Shown: piece after piece, positions 1 to 11,701 of the stretch
How the letters are laid out: every line of letters starts with the position of its first letter
How positions within the stretch are numbered: position 1 is the first letter of the stretch
Origin: an uncultured Clostridia bacterium
GTDB taxonomy: Bacteria; Bacillota; Clostridia; Christensenellales; UBA1242
Length of the DNA stretch: 62,594 bases
Assembly (NCBI GenBank): GCA_937874195.1
Contig: CALNBM010000066.1
Coordinates: forward strand, 1-62,594
Direction: 5' to 3'
Program-made: the position numbers and the translations under genes
Notes under the pieces: model-generated
What the model was told of the DNA's origin: nothing
The model's input: only the letters and a program-made list of their open reading frames with translations
Database searches by the model: none

Positions 1-1
1 A

Positions 2-178
2 ACACAAGCAGTTCATGAAAAATATTTAAACAATACAGTTAAACCTAATTTTATAGAAGAACAAACATTTAAAGAATTAGATTTAATTAATAACCATAAT
101 GAAGAAAATTTAGCGAATAATAGTGTGGAAAATAATAATTCAAATAGTGATAATAATCCCACGGAAAATTTTAAATAA
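2..178 (+). CDS. 3' end of an unidentified CDS entering from the left window edge
   Basis: Frame 2 is open from the edge to TAA at 176-178 (...EENLANNSVENNNSNSDNNPTENFK*). Asn-rich tail, no start in the window. The listed 74-aa ORF 13..237(-) is probably its antisense shadow. Confidence 0.3.
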   Translation, partial: TQAVHEKYLNNTVKPNFIEEQTFKELDLINNHNEENLANNSVENNNSNSDNNPTENFK

Positions 179-618
179 CAACTGGATTTTGTCATATTTA
201 TCTTAAATAATAGCAATAAGTGGTATTTATATGACAATAACTATATTTTTAATAAAATTTATCCATAAAAAAATACCCGATAATGAATAATAATTTAGGT
301 AAATAATTTTACTTATTTTGTATATAGTCCTAACATAACAGCAACCAGCCTGTTTTATATTTTAATAAAGACATGGAAAAATGAGTCTAAATAATAATGA
401 TAACTTATATTATTTCTCATATTACTTAAAAAAAAGAAGAGATTTTAAATTTCTTCCTTTTTTTTATTTCTTTATATTTCTTTTTTATTTTCTTTATATT
501 TAATATAAATTAATTTTTGTTAACATTATATTTATACTTATTATATTTATACTTATTATATTTTTTATTTCATAAAATTAAAGTTTTTATTTTATTTATA
601 TTAATTTAAAAGTTTTTT

Positions 619-1734
619 TTAAATAATACGCACAGGTAAAATAAGATGCAGAAATTCGCTTTTATCACTACCATTTTCATCCACACCTGTTATAACACAA
701 GGTGCTATTATTGATGTGAAATTAAGTTTAATAAATTCGTCTGTTATAGTTCTAAGCGCATCACTGAAATATTTAACATTAAATCCTATAACTAAATCAT
801 TTCCTTTAAGTGATATAGTTATTTTTTCGTTAATATCTGCTATTTCGCTTTTGCCGAGTAATTGTAATACTTTTTCCTTAATATCAAATTTTATTAAATT
901 TCCTTTATCAACGCGACTAAGAAGGGATGCTCTTTCAATAGCATCTTCTAATTGCCCTTTGTTAATTATAACAGTTGAAGTAAAGTTTGATGGAATTATT
1001 TGAGAATAATTAATAAATTCACCATCAAGAAGCCGTGTTGTTATCTTAACATTATCAATTTCTATCATTAAACTATTTTTTTGAAGATAAATTTTAACTA
1101 TATTATCGTTTTCCTCTAAAAAACTTGCAATTTCTTTTAAACTTTTCGCAGGAACCACCACAGATAAATTTTTGCTTGCATTTTTTATTTTACTTTTAGT
1201 TAATGCTAATCTATAACCATCTAATGCTATAAGTTTTATTTTATCATCTTCAATTTCTAATAAACAACCTTTTAATATAGGCCTCACATCATTCGTTGCA
1301 ACAGCAAAAACACTTTTATTTATAATATTTTTTAAGTCTTTTTGTTTTATTTCAAAAGAATCTTCATAGTCATATTTTTTAATATTTGGAAACTCTTCAC
1401 TGTTTAAACATTGAATTTTTCCACAACTATCAGTATATAAAACACTTAAAACATTTGTCTCATTTAAATCAAGCTCTATTTGTTCATTATTAAGTTTTTT
1501 AATAAATTCTGAAAACAATCTGCCGGGTACAACTGTTTCACCTTCAATTTTAATATTTGCTCTGATTTTTTTTTCTATTGATAATTCAAGATCAGTGGCA
1601 GATAGCATTAAGTAATCTTCATCGGCTGTTAATTTAATCCCTTCTAAAATAGGATTGGTTGTTTTAGTGCTAACACCTCTGTTCACTTGCATTATTGCTT
1701 CTGATAAATCTAATCCATCACAAACTAATTTCAT
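619..1734 (-). CDS. dnaN: DNA polymerase III beta sliding clamp
   Basis: 371 aa, typical clamp length and N-terminus (MKLVCDGLDLSEAI...NPILEGIKL). Lies directly downstream of dnaA on the same strand. Confidence 0.93.
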   Translation of the reverse strand: MKLVCDGLDLSEAIMQVNRGVSTKTTNPILEGIKLTADEDYLMLSATDLELSIEKKIRANIKIEGETVVPGRLFSEFIKKLNNEQIELDLNETNVLSVLYTDSCGKIQCLNSEEFPNIKKYDYEDSFEIKQKDLKNIINKSVFAVATNDVRPILKGCLLEIEDDKIKLIALDGYRLALTKSKIKNASKNLSVVVPAKSLKEIASFLEENDNIVKIYLQKNSLMIEIDNVKITTRLLDGEFINYSQIIPSNFTSTVIINKGQLEDAIERASLLSRVDKGNLIKFDIKEKVLQLLGKSEIADINEKITISLKGNDLVIGFNVKYFSDALRTITDEFIKLNFTSIIAPCVITGVDENGSDKSEFLHLILPVRII

Positions 1735-2062
1735 AGTATTCTCCTTTTTGAATAATTATAAGAAATGGTTAATAAATATATACTTTTTGTCATAAACTAA
1801 TCTATATTATTAATTTTATTGAATAATAATATTATTAATAATAGTTGTGGAAATGTGGATAAAAATTTTATTTACTATATATTCTGTTTTCGGTACGATA
1901 AATGCGTTTATAAAATCGCATATATCGTTTTTTTAACTGTGGACAAGTATGTGTAAATTTTAACAATCAGTTCACAATATCCACAAGATTATGTTAATAA
2001 CTATATGGTTTTATCCTAAATTTAATTTTTTCATATTTTTAATATGTAATAATATTCATTAA
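1735..2062. other. oriC-type DnaA-box cluster and AT-rich spacer between dnaA and dnaN
   Basis: One perfect TTATCCACA (reverse orientation, 1854-1862). TTGTCCACA (reverse, 1939-1947), ATATCCACA (forward, 1977-1985) and a weaker ATTTCCACA near 1845. Very AT-rich stretch at 1740-1850. This is the position of incC-type oriC in Firmicutes. Confidence 0.6.
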
Positions 2063-3391
2063 TTACTGTTTAATTGCCATTGCTTTAATATCATTAACTG
2101 CAATTTTAATTCGATTATTTTCTTTTATAGCGTCTGCTATTTTATCTCGGGCATATATAACAGTTGTGTGGTCTTTTTTCCCAAACACTTGACTTATTGA
2201 TATTAATGGAAGATCAAGCATTTCATAAATAACAAACATACAAATTTGTCGAGGTTCGACTATTTCTTTATTTTTTTTCTTTCCTAAAAGTTCAGCTCTA
2301 TCAACACTAAAATACTTACAAACGCAATCTATAATAACATTATAAGTTAAATGTTGTTTATTTGTGGAAACATGGTCTTTTAATGCTTCTTTAATATCTT
2401 CCAAATCGGCAGAATCTTTAAGTCTTAAAGTGGAATAAAAGTGAACTTTACTTAATAATCCTTCCATTTCTCTAATATTAGTGTCATAGTTTTCGGCAAT
2501 ATAATTAATAACTTCGCTAGATACATTATATTTTTCGTCTTCTGATTTTTTACGAAGTATTGCAATGCGAGTTTCAAGGTCAGGCGTTTGAACATCTTGA
2601 ATCAACCCCATACTAAACCTGCTTACCAATCTTTCTTCTAGAATTGCTATTTCTTTTGGTGGACGATCAGAAGCTATAATTATTTGCTTGTTATTTTCGT
2701 ATAAATCATTAAAAGTGTGGAAAAATGCTTCTTGTGTGGAATTTTTCTTAGAAATAAATTGAATATCATCAATAAGTAAAATATCTAAATTTCTGTATTT
2801 ATCTCTAAAAGAACTTTGTTTTCCAGATTTTAAACTTTCAATATAATCGTTTGTAAATCGTTCGCATGTGACATATAGCGTTATTAAATTTGGAAATTTT
2901 TCTGTTATGTAATTTCCTATTGCATGCAAAAGGTGGGTTTTTCCAAGGCCAGTGCCACCATAAATAAAAAGAGGATTTATTTTAAAAGGATTTTTTGCAA
3001 CACCTTCACAAGCTGCATAAACATATTTATTTGAATTACCTACCACAAAATTAGAAAAAGTATATTTTTTATTAAATTTAAAGGAAGAGTTTTCGTTATT
3101 TAAACTTTCTTTTTTTTCTTCTTTTGTAGCAAGTAATTTTTCTTTTGCGTATGGATCAATAACTTCATAATCTTTTATTTCATCACAACATTCTTTGAGA
3201 GCTAAACTAATTTGTAAGCCATGAAGTTCAATTACTCTGGCTTTTGCACTTTCACTTGAAGTGGAAAGAGTGAAAATCCCGTTTTCAAAATTTACAGGCT
3301 CAAGAGTGTTTATCCATAAATCAAAAGAAACAGATGTAACTTGTTTTTGTAATTTTATTAATGCTTGCTGCCAAATTTTTATTATATCCAA
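2063..3391 (-). CDS. dnaA: Chromosomal replication initiator DnaA
   Basis: 442 aa. Walker A GGTGLGKTHLLHAIGN, Walker B LLIDDIQF, C-terminal DNA-binding helix region (DHTTVIYARDKI). Confidence 0.97.
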   Translation of the reverse strand: MDIIKIWQQALIKLQKQVTSVSFDLWINTLEPVNFENGIFTLSTSSESAKARVIELHGLQISLALKECCDEIKDYEVIDPYAKEKLLATKEEKKESLNNENSSFKFNKKYTFSNFVVGNSNKYVYAACEGVAKNPFKINPLFIYGGTGLGKTHLLHAIGNYITEKFPNLITLYVTCERFTNDYIESLKSGKQSSFRDKYRNLDILLIDDIQFISKKNSTQEAFFHTFNDLYENNKQIIIASDRPPKEIAILEERLVSRFSMGLIQDVQTPDLETRIAILRKKSEDEKYNVSSEVINYIAENYDTNIREMEGLLSKVHFYSTLRLKDSADLEDIKEALKDHVSTNKQHLTYNVIIDCVCKYFSVDRAELLGKKKNKEIVEPRQICMFVIYEMLDLPLISISQVFGKKDHTTVIYARDKIADAIKENNRIKIAVNDIKAMAIKQ

Positions 3392-3584
3392 TTCTTTTGC
3401 CCCTTAAAGTTATAAAAACATTTTATATTAAAAGCTTACAAAAGTCAATAAATAAGAGAGATTATAAACTAATATTATTTATATGTGTTGATAAACTTCA
3501 CTATCAGTACAATAAATATAGAAAAAGAAATATATTAAATATTTAAGTAGTTATTCTTTTTAAGTATTGTACGCAGTTATTCGA

Positions 3585-4676
3585 TTACAACACCTGTTCA
3601 GTAGTTTTTCCGTTTTCCACATTAAAGATTGTTGCGGGTATATCAAATTCAAATTTAGTGCAAGATATAATGCTTTGAAAATTTTTAATTTTATCTAATA
3701 GTTTATTTTTTCTTTCATCATCTAATTCGCTTAAAACATCGTCTAATAATAAAACGGGATATTCGCCAAAAATACTATTATAAAACTCTAATTCGGCTAA
3801 CTTTAAACTAAGCGCTGATGTTCGTTGTTGTCCTTGAGAGCCAAAATTTCTAACATCAACATTATTTAATAAAATTTTAATATCATCTCTGTGAGGACCA
3901 CTTGTGGTGTAACCCATGGAATAATCTTTCTCCGCATCGGTTTTAAGAGAGGTTAAAAAATTTTCCTTAATTTGCTCTTCGTTATCACCTTTAATTCCCA
4001 TATATTCAAGTTCTAATAATTCTTTTTCATGTGTTAAATATTTATGTGAAGAAGCAGTGAAAGTTTTTAATTTGCTTATAAAATTTTTTCTATCTAAAAT
4101 TATTTTCGCACCCACTTCGGCTAATTGTTCGTTCCAGATAGGCAGTGTTTCAAGCAACACTTTTTTATTAGGCGACACCTTTAAAAGTTTGTTTCTTTGA
4201 ATTAAAATTTTGTTATATTTAGAAAGATTATAAAAATATGTTTTACTAATTTGTGATAGTGAAATATCCATAAATTTACGGCGTTCTACCGGACTTGCTT
4301 TAACTAATTTTAATTCATCGGGCGAAAAGTAAATAGCATTAAACTCACCCATAAGTTCGCCTATTTTTTTTAGTGAAAAACCGTTTATTTTTATAGACTT
4401 ACTTTGGTTTTCAAATAAATAAAACTCTATTTTTTTATTACCCGATAGTCGTTCTATTTCTATAACCACCTTAGCATACGAACAATCCCACTTAATTAAA
4501 TCTTTTTCTTTTGCAGTTCGTGGACTTTTCCCAATAGCACACAAAAAAATGCTCTCCAAAAGGTTTGTTTTTCCTTGTGCATTTTTTCCTACAAGCACAT
4601 TTATTCCACTTTTAAAAAAAAGATGTTCATTATTATAATTTCTAAAATTTTTAAGTTCTACGCTTTTTAGCTCCAT
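3585..4676 (-). CDS. recF: DNA replication/repair protein RecF
   Basis: 363 aa. Walker A VGKNAQGKTNLLESI, signature GSQGQQRT, Walker B VLLLDDVLSELD. Confidence 0.93.
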   Translation of the reverse strand: MELKSVELKNFRNYNNEHLFFKSGINVLVGKNAQGKTNLLESIFLCAIGKSPRTAKEKDLIKWDCSYAKVVIEIERLSGNKKIEFYLFENQSKSIKINGFSLKKIGELMGEFNAIYFSPDELKLVKASPVERRKFMDISLSQISKTYFYNLSKYNKILIQRNKLLKVSPNKKVLLETLPIWNEQLAEVGAKIILDRKNFISKLKTFTASSHKYLTHEKELLELEYMGIKGDNEEQIKENFLTSLKTDAEKDYSMGYTTSGPHRDDIKILLNNVDVRNFGSQGQQRTSALSLKLAELEFYNSIFGEYPVLLLDDVLSELDDERKNKLLDKIKNFQSIISCTKFEFDIPATIFNVENGKTTEQVL

Positions 4677-5165
4677 ATTATTATTATATCACTTGCGTGT
4701 GTTTTTTTAAACATAAAATTAATATTTTAAAACTTAGCATCCTTTAATTTACTACATAAAATAAATTTTAAAATAATAAAATTTTTTCTTAATAATTTAT
4801 AATTTTTATACATTTTTTATATTGCTAATTGTTATCACAATTACACTCGTGATGGTTATTTTTTTATTGTTAAAGTGTGTAAACTAATTAAAATTATTTT
4901 ACATTTAAAAACAAAAGAAATTAAAATAAAAAAACAACGATTCAGTTTTTGAACTAATATATTTAAATTTAAATTAAACAAATGTAAAAATTTTAAAAAA
5001 GATTAACCTTTTTTAACAAAACATTACTTTTCCCAGCTTGTCTTTATATTATAATATATATTTATATATTATATAATATAACATAATAAGTGAGCAAGAA
5101 TTCATTGATTAAAAATATTAATTATGCTATAATTAAATATTGAAAAAAAGTAGCAGGGGAAGAAA

Positions 5166-7121
5166 ATGCAAGACAATATAAATAGTGACGAAAGGCTAGA
5201 AAAAAAGAACTATGTAACTGAAAAAAACTTAAAATATGATGAAAATGATATTCAAGTTTTAGAAGGTTTAGAGCCTGTTAGAAAACGACCAAGTATGTAT
5301 ATAGGCAGCACAGATATTCATGGTTTACACCATTTAGTAACCGAAATTATAGACAATAGCATAGACGAAGCGCTAGCCGGTTATTGTGATATGATAATCG
5401 TTGATTTTAATAAAGACGGCAGTTGTACGATAAAAGATAACGGCAGGGGTATTCCTACAGGTATTCATTCGCACGAAAACAAAAGCGCTGTGGAAGTTGT
5501 TTTAACAAAACTTCATGCAGGTGGAAAGTTTGGTGGGGAAGGCTATAAAATATCCGGCGGGCTTCACGGTGTGGGGCTTAGTTGTGTTAACGCACTATCC
5601 AAATGGTTGGAAGTTAAAATTTATCAAAATGGTAAAGTACATGAACAACTTTATCGCCGTGGTATTCCACAATTTGATTTAAAAGTAACTGGTAACACTG
5701 AAAAAACCGGCACAACAATCACTTTTATGCCCGACGAAGAAATATTTGAAACAACAGAATTTGATTATTTGGAAATTAAAACGCGTTTTAGAGAAATTGC
5801 ATTTTTAAATAAAGGACTTACGATTTCTATTGAAGATAAACGCAAAGAAGATAGCAAAAGAGAAGTTTTTTATTATGAGGGCGGATTAGTTGAATTTGTT
5901 GAATATTTAAACCGAGATAAGAAAACTATTTTGCCTGAGCCAATATATGTGGATGTTATTAATAAAACAAATGAAGTGGAAATTGCTTTTCAATATAATG
6001 AAGGCTATAACGAGATTATCAACACTTACGCAAATAACATAAACACAGAAGAAGGCGGAACACATCTAATTGGTTTTAAAAACGCTCTAACAAAAATTAT
6101 TAACGATTATGGAAAAAACAATAACATATTAAAAGACAGTGAAAAGTTATCAGGCGAGGATGTTCGAGAAGGAATAACCGCCATAGTATCTGTTAAACTG
6201 CAAGACCCACAATTCGAAGGGCAAACCAAAACCAAGCTTGGAAACTCAAATATGCGTAAAATTGTGGAAGACGCAATGCAGGAGAAATTCGGTGGGTTTT
6301 TAGAAGAAAATCCAGTGTATGCAAAAGAGTTAGTGTTAAAATGTGTTACTGCAAAACGCGCGCGTGATGCTGCTAGAAATGTTCGTGATTTAACACGAAG
6401 AAAAGGAGTGTTGGAAAGCACTACCCTTCCGGGGAAACTCGCAGACTGCACAAACAAAGACAGGCATTCAACAGAAATTTATATAGTGGAAGGAGATAGC
6501 GCGGGCGGTACGGCTAAACAAGGGCGTGACAGGCGTTTTCAAGCGATTCTGCCACTTAGGGGCAAAATTCTAAATGTGGAAAAAGCTCATCTTCATAAAG
6601 TTTTAAGCAATGGCGTTATTAAAGATATGATAACTGCTTTTGGCTGTGGGATTAGTAGTGAATTTAATTTAGAAAAACTCAGATACGGTAAAATTATTTG
6701 CATGACAGACGCCGATGTTGACGGCAGTCATATTAGAATCTTACTTTTAACTTTCTTTTTTAGATTCATGCAACCATTAATTGAAAAAGGGTATGTTTAT
6801 ATTGCGCAACCGCCTCTTTATAAAATTCAACATAATAAAGATATTTATTATGTTTACTCCGATGAAGAATTAAATAATAAATTAGATGAATTGGGTAGAC
6901 CAAAAGTAACTCTTCAACGCTATAAAGGTTTAGGTGAAATGACAGCAGAGCAGTTATGGTCCACCACTATGGACCCATCTAATAGAGTGCTTTTAAAAGT
7001 TACTATGGACGATGCCATTGAAGCTGACGAAGTTTTTTCAAGGTTGATGGGCGAAGACCCAGAACTTAGAAGACGGTTTATTGAAGAAAATGCAACAATG
7101 GTTAAAGACTTAGATATATAA
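5166..7121 (+). CDS. gyrB: DNA gyrase subunit B
   Basis: 651 aa. [17 protein letters not shown], Toprim [18 protein letters not shown]-terminal tail domain. Confidence 0.97.
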   Translation: MQDNINSDERLEKKNYVTEKNLKYDENDIQVLEGLEPVRKRPSMYIGSTDIHGLHHLVTEIIDNSIDEALAGYCDMIIVDFNKDGSCTIKDNGRGIPTGIHSHENKSAVEVVLTKLHAGGKFGGEGYKISGGLHGVGLSCVNALSKWLEVKIYQNGKVHEQLYRRGIPQFDLKVTGNTEKTGTTITFMPDEEIFETTEFDYLEIKTRFREIAFLNKGLTISIEDKRKEDSKREVFYYEGGLVEFVEYLNRDKKTILPEPIYVDVINKTNEVEIAFQYNEGYNEIINTYANNINTEEGGTHLIGFKNALTKIINDYGKNNNILKDSEKLSGEDVREGITAIVSVKLQDPQFEGQTKTKLGNSNMRKIVEDAMQEKFGGFLEENPVYAKELVLKCVTAKRARDAARNVRDLTRRKGVLESTTLPGKLADCTNKDRHSTEIYIVEGDSAGGTAKQGRDRRFQAILPLRGKILNVEKAHLHKVLSNGVIKDMITAFGCGISSEFNLEKLRYGKIICMTDADVDGSHIRILLLTFFFRFMQPLIEKGYVYIAQPPLYKIQHNKDIYYVYSDEELNNKLDELGRPKVTLQRYKGLGEMTAEQLWSTTMDPSNRVLLKVTMDDAIEADEVFSRLMGEDPELRRRFIEENATMVKDLDI

Positions 7122-7423
7122 AAAACTTTTGTAATAAGAAATCTGGAAAATGAAGAAATCTGTTAATAACTGTGTTAGTTATAACTCACGATAACAGGAC
7201 CGCGAAGATAGTAAGCAAGTTGACATTAAAGTTTATTTTTTAAAATTTGATTGAATGATATTAAAAATATATTAGAGATAAAGACAAAATCATAATAAAT
7301 AAACGATATAAAAAAATATTTATTATATCGTTGTAATATTAGTAATTTTGTCTTGTGGCAACTAGCAAATTTTAAAATGTATTTTAAAAGAATTGAACAA
7401 TAAATAACAACAAGGAAAAATTT

Positions 7424-9982
7424 ATGAAAAAGAATGAAACCGATAAAACAAATATAGTATTAACCGAAGACAAGCGTGTTTTAAAGATGAATATTAAAGA
7501 TGAAATGGAAAAAAGTTTTATTGCCTATGCTATGGCTGTGAATGTTTCGCGTGCTATTCCCGATGTTAGAGATGGTTTAAAACCTGTTCATCGAAGAATC
7601 TTATATGCAATGGGAGAACTTAATCTTTTCAACGATAAATCATATAAAAAATGCGCCAGAATAGTTGGTGATGTTATGGGTAAATATCACCCTCATGGTG
7701 ACTCCGCAATTTATGATGCTCTTGTTCGTCTGGCGCAGGATTTTTCTATAAATGCTCCCCTTGTTGATGGTCATGGTAACTTTGGCTCAGTGGACGGCGA
7801 TCCGCCTGCTGCTCAGCGTTATACAGAAGCAAGGCTTTCTAAAATAGCTTCTCATATGCTTAAAGAAATTGATAAAGACACTGTTGATTTTTATCCAAAC
7901 TTTGATGAAAGTGAAACTCAACCGGTTGTTCTGCCTGCTCGTTTTCCAAACTTACTTGTAAACGGATCAGATGGTATTGCTGTTGGTATGGCAACAAATA
8001 TTCCGCCTCATAACCTTGGCGAAGTGATAGACGGAACTATTGCAGTAATAAAAAACCCAAATATTGAAATTGAAGAACTTATGAAATATATTCCCGGCCC
8101 CGATTTGCCAACTAAGGCAATTATTATTGGTGGAAGTGGAATAAAAAACGCTTATAAAACAGGTAGAGGCAGTTTTATAATTCGTGCAAAAGCAGAAATT
8201 GAAGAATATCAAAATGGAGCCCGCACACGCATCGTTGTAACAGAAATCCCATATCAAGTAAACAAGGCAAAATTAATTATTCAAATTGCAGACCTTGTCA
8301 AAAATAAAAAAATTGAAGGCATTAGCGATATAAAAGAAGAAAGTGACCGTGAGGGCATGCGTCTTGTTATTGAAGTTAAAAAAGATACAAACGCGCAAGT
8401 TGTTCTTAATTTGCTTTATAAATACACACAAATGCAAACAAGTTTCGGAATTATAATGCTAGCGCTTGTTAATGGAACACCGCGCGTGCTTAATCTTCTT
8501 GAAATGATAAAATATTATATCGCGTTTCAAAAAGAAGTTATAGTAAGGCGTACGCGTTTTGATTTGGATAAAGCAGAACAAAAAGCACATATTTTGCAAG
8601 GCTTAGTTATTGCGCAAGCAAACATAGACGAAGTGATTCGCCAAATTAAATTATCCGAAGATAAAAATGAGGCGTTAGAAAAATTAACTCAATTATTCGA
8701 GTTGACCGAAAAACAAGCAATAGCAATTCTAGAAATGCGTTTGCAAAGGTTAACGGGATTGGAAGTTGAAAAACTAAAAATGGAATTGCTCCAAACAGAA
8801 AATTTAATCAAAGAACTTAAAGAAATTTTGGACAGTGATGAAAAAGTATATGCGATTATAAAACGAGACCTTAGAGATATTAAAGAAGACTTTGGCGTAC
8901 CAAGAAAAAGTGAAATTAGTTACGATTACACCGATATTGATATTGCTGATTTAATCACACCAGAAACAGTAGTAATATCACTAACTCATGAAGGCTATAT
9001 TAAAAGGTTGCCACTAAGCGAATATAAAGCACAACGGCGTGGTGGAAAAGGCGTTATTGCCCACAAACCCAAAGAAGAAGACTTTGTTGAAAACATATAT
9101 ATAACCAACACACACGATGATTTATTGTGTTTTAGCAACCGAGGTAAAGTTTACACCATTAAAGCGTATGAAGTGCCAGAGGCAGGTAGAACTGCTCGTG
9201 GCAGAGCAATTATAAACCTTTTGCAAGTTGAGCAAAATGAACGCATAACGGCTATAATACCTATCACAGAATATAACAAATCTAGTTTAGTTATGGCAAC
9301 TAAAGATGGTTTTATTAAAAAAACCAGTTTGTTGGAATTTGAAAGCGTTAGAAAAAGTGGGAAAATAGCATTAACACTTAGAGAGAGTGATGAACTAATT
9401 TCAGTGTTTAAAACCACAGGCAGGAAAGATATTATGCTTGCTAGTTCCAGCGGACAGTGTATAAGATTCAGTGAAAAAGATGTTCGGCCAATGGGAAGAA
9501 CTGCACAAGGAGTTAGAAGCATAAAGCTTAACAAAGACGAATATGTGGTAGACATGATTGTTATAGACGAAGAATTAGATATGTTAACTATTTCTGAAAA
9601 CGGTTATGGCAAGCGTAGTAGTCAAGAAGAATATAGAACACAATCTCGTTATGGCAAGGGGGTTAAAGCAGGCATTTTCAACAAACAAACAGGCAGACTG
9701 GTTAGCCTTAAACAAGTGGGAGATAATGACGATATAATTTTAATTGCAGATGATGGACAAATTATTCGTGTGCCAGCAGGTGATATTAGTAAAATCGGGC
9801 GAAATACAAAAGGCGTTAGAGTGATGCGAATTAAAGAAGACACTAAGATAATTTCTGTTGCGGTAACTGAAAAAGAAGAAGATGAAAATAAGACCATAGT
9901 AGGCGAGCACACAACCGACCAAACAATCAAAGATGGTGAGTGGGGCGCTGATAACTCAATAGATGAAAGTGAAGAAGAATAA
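7424..9982 (+). CDS. gyrA: DNA gyrase subunit A
   Basis: 852 aa. [34 protein letters not shown], active-site [11 protein letters not shown]-terminal repeats and an acidic tail. Confidence 0.97.
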   Translation: MKKNETDKTNIVLTEDKRVLKMNIKDEMEKSFIAYAMAVNVSRAIPDVRDGLKPVHRRILYAMGELNLFNDKSYKKCARIVGDVMGKYHPHGDSAIYDALVRLAQDFSINAPLVDGHGNFGSVDGDPPAAQRYTEARLSKIASHMLKEIDKDTVDFYPNFDESETQPVVLPARFPNLLVNGSDGIAVGMATNIPPHNLGEVIDGTIAVIKNPNIEIEELMKYIPGPDLPTKAIIIGGSGIKNAYKTGRGSFIIRAKAEIEEYQNGARTRIVVTEIPYQVNKAKLIIQIADLVKNKKIEGISDIKEESDREGMRLVIEVKKDTNAQVVLNLLYKYTQMQTSFGIIMLALVNGTPRVLNLLEMIKYYIAFQKEVIVRRTRFDLDKAEQKAHILQGLVIAQANIDEVIRQIKLSEDKNEALEKLTQLFELTEKQAIAILEMRLQRLTGLEVEKLKMELLQTENLIKELKEILDSDEKVYAIIKRDLRDIKEDFGVPRKSEISYDYTDIDIADLITPETVVISLTHEGYIKRLPLSEYKAQRRGGKGVIAHKPKEEDFVENIYITNTHDDLLCFSNRGKVYTIKAYEVPEAGRTARGRAIINLLQVEQNERITAIIPITEYNKSSLVMATKDGFIKKTSLLEFESVRKSGKIALTLRESDELISVFKTTGRKDIMLASSSGQCIRFSEKDVRPMGRTAQGVRSIKLNKDEYVVDMIVIDEELDMLTISENGYGKRSSQEEYRTQSRYGKGVKAGIFNKQTGRLVSLKQVGDNDDIILIADDGQIIRVPAGDISKIGRNTKGVRVMRIKEDTKIISVAVTEKEEDENKTIVGEHTTDQTIKDGEWGADNSIDESEEE

Positions 9983-10262
9983 AAATAATTTTTTAGCGTT
10001 TCAAAATTAATATATTTCTACATTTTACTTTTTTGTAAAATCACGCAATAATAATATATATTAGTTTTATAATTATTGCAGTAAGTATAAAAAAATTATC
10101 CATGTAAACGATGCCTGCTGGTTAAGCAGGAAACATAAATATACCTTAAACACGCTTAGTAGATTTATAGTAATATTATCCATTGAAGTTGAGCATGTGA
10201 AATGACTGCTTTTATCATATACTTTCTTTCCTTTAAAACCATTATTAAATTTATACTTATTT

Positions 10263-10292
10263 AAAAGGCGGAATATTTATCTGCCTTTTTTT
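10263..10292 (+). terminator. Intrinsic terminator just upstream of mnmE
   Basis: Stem GGCGGA/TCTGCC (one G-U pair) extended by AA/TT, followed by T7 (10286-10292). Confidence 0.55.
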
Positions 10293-10339
10293 GCTTAGCA
10301 TACTTGTTTAAAAATAGCAGTTATGGTAAAATTATAAGC

Positions 10340-11701
10340 ATGGAATATAAAACAATTACAGCAATTTCCACGCCGATAGGAACGGGTGGAATTTCAATAA
10401 TAAGAATGTGTGGAAAGCAGTCACTTGACATTCTATCCAAAATATTTTCATGTAAAACTTGTGAAGTTAAGAATTTCGAGCCAAGAAAAATGTATTTAGG
10501 CGAAGTAACCACGGAGCACTTTAAAGATAAAGGAATGGCAGTGTATTTCATGGCGCCTTTTTCTTACACAGGTGAAGACATTGTGGAGATTCACACTCAT
10601 GGCGGAGCAAAATTAGCGGAAGGTGTGCTTAAAGAATTATTAAAAAATGGTGCATATATGGCAGAGGCTGGAGAGTTTACTAAGCGCGCATTTTTAAATG
10701 GAAAAATTTCGCTTGACGAGGCGGAAGGAGTAATTGATTTAATAACCAGTGAATCCGATAGTCAAATTAGAGCGGGATATAATTTAGTTGCAGGGAAATT
10801 AAAAAATAAAATCATAAACCTGCAAGAAAAAATTACAGAGATATTGGCAAAGATTGAAGTGTCGCTAGATTATCCCGATGAAGATTTGGAAGAAGAAACC
10901 ACCCTTGATGTTAAAAAAGAACTAGGGCAAGTGGAAGAAAAACTTATAACTCTTCATAACACTTCTAGCACAGGACAGGTTATAAAAAACGGATGCAGAC
11001 TTGTTATTGTGGGCAAGACCAATGTGGGTAAAAGCAGTTTAATGAACGCGCTTTTAAATTATAACCGTGCAATAGTAACTAATATTCAAGGTACGACAAG
11101 AGATATTTTAGAAGAAAGTTTTGAGTATAAAGGCGTTAAATTTATTTTAATAGATACCGCAGGGATAAGAGAAAGTAAAAACAAAATTGAACAAATTGGA
11201 ATTGAGCGCGCCAAAAACGCTATTTCATATGCCGATATAATTATATATGTGATAGATGGAACAAAACCGCTTGATAATAACGATTATAATTTGATAGAAG
11301 TTTTAAAGGGCAAAAAAGCTATTTGTATTATAAATAAAATTGACCTTGCTCAAAAAATTGAAATTCCTAAAATTAAAAAACTTTTTAATCATGTTTTGGA
11401 AGTTTCTGCATTAGAAGAAAAAGGAATAGAAAACATTAAAAAGCTTGCTTATGATATGGTGATAGACGGAGAAGTAAAAGAAAATTCTGTGATACTCACA
11501 AACATTAGACACATAAATATAATCGCAGAAAGCTTAAAATTACTTGATAATGTGAAACAGTCGATGAAAAATAATGTTAGTTTGGATTTATTAGCGCTTG
11601 ATATTAAAGCAGTTTGGTTAAAACTTGGAGAAATTACCGGCACAACAGATGTTGAAGCTATTGTGGATATGGTGTTTTCAAAGTTTTGCGTCGGCAAATA
11701 G
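10340..11701 (+). CDS. mnmE: tRNA modification GTPase MnmE
   Basis: The ORF opens at TTG 10304, but ATG 10340 gives the canonical N-terminus MEYKTITAISTPIGTGGISIIRMCG. G-domain GKTNVGKSSLMN and DTAGIR. C-terminal FCVGK. Confidence 0.92.
   Translation: MEYKTITAISTPIGTGGISIIRMCGKQSLDILSKIFSCKTCEVKNFEPRKMYLGEVTTEHFKDKGMAVYFMAPFSYTGEDIVEIHTHGGAKLAEGVLKELLKNGAYMAEAGEFTKRAFLNGKISLDEAEGVIDLITSESDSQIRAGYNLVAGKLKNKIINLQEKITEILAKIEVSLDYPDEDLEEETTLDVKKELGQVEEKLITLHNTSSTGQVIKNGCRLVIVGKTNVGKSSLMNALLNYNRAIVTNIQGTTRDILEESFEYKGVKFILIDTAGIRESKNKIEQIGIERAKNAISYADIIIYVIDGTKPLDNNDYNLIEVLKGKKAICIINKIDLAQKIEIPKIKKLFNHVLEVSALEEKGIENIKKLAYDMVIDGEVKENSVILTNIRHINIIAESLKLLDNVKQSMKNNVSLDLLALDIKAVWLKLGEITGTTDVEAIVDMVFSKFCVGK

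Noticed and set aside
461-566. AT-only tandem repeats downstream of dnaN (about 21 bp x2 at 461-501; ATTATATTTATACTT x2.7 at 525-566), considered as a DNA-unwinding element.
   Set aside because: They lie on the far side of dnaN from the DnaA boxes and are pure low-complexity AT sequence. They may be slippage products, and there is no supporting box nearby.
716-1003. Antisense or alternative-frame ORFs inside well-supported genes. Examples: 716..1003, 6107..6457, 7967..8257, 9151..9555, 9649..9930, 10321..10551, 12919..13107, 14553..14819, 33263..33475, 35678..36121, 36731..37345, 44253..44682, 48249..48443, 52223..52477, 53473..53724, 56203..56427, 56755..57030.
   Set aside because: They lie opposite to or out of frame with strongly recognisable genes. 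They lack an RBS and have low-complexity, hydrophobic or Ser/Ile/Phe-rich translations typical of shadow ORFs in AT-rich DNA.
4677-5165. The very AT-rich divergent recF-gyrB spacer as an alternative oriC.
   Set aside because: I found no sequence within one mismatch of TTATCCACA; the best candidate, TTATCACAA, does not fit. AT-richness alone is not diagnostic in this genome. A skew analysis would be needed.
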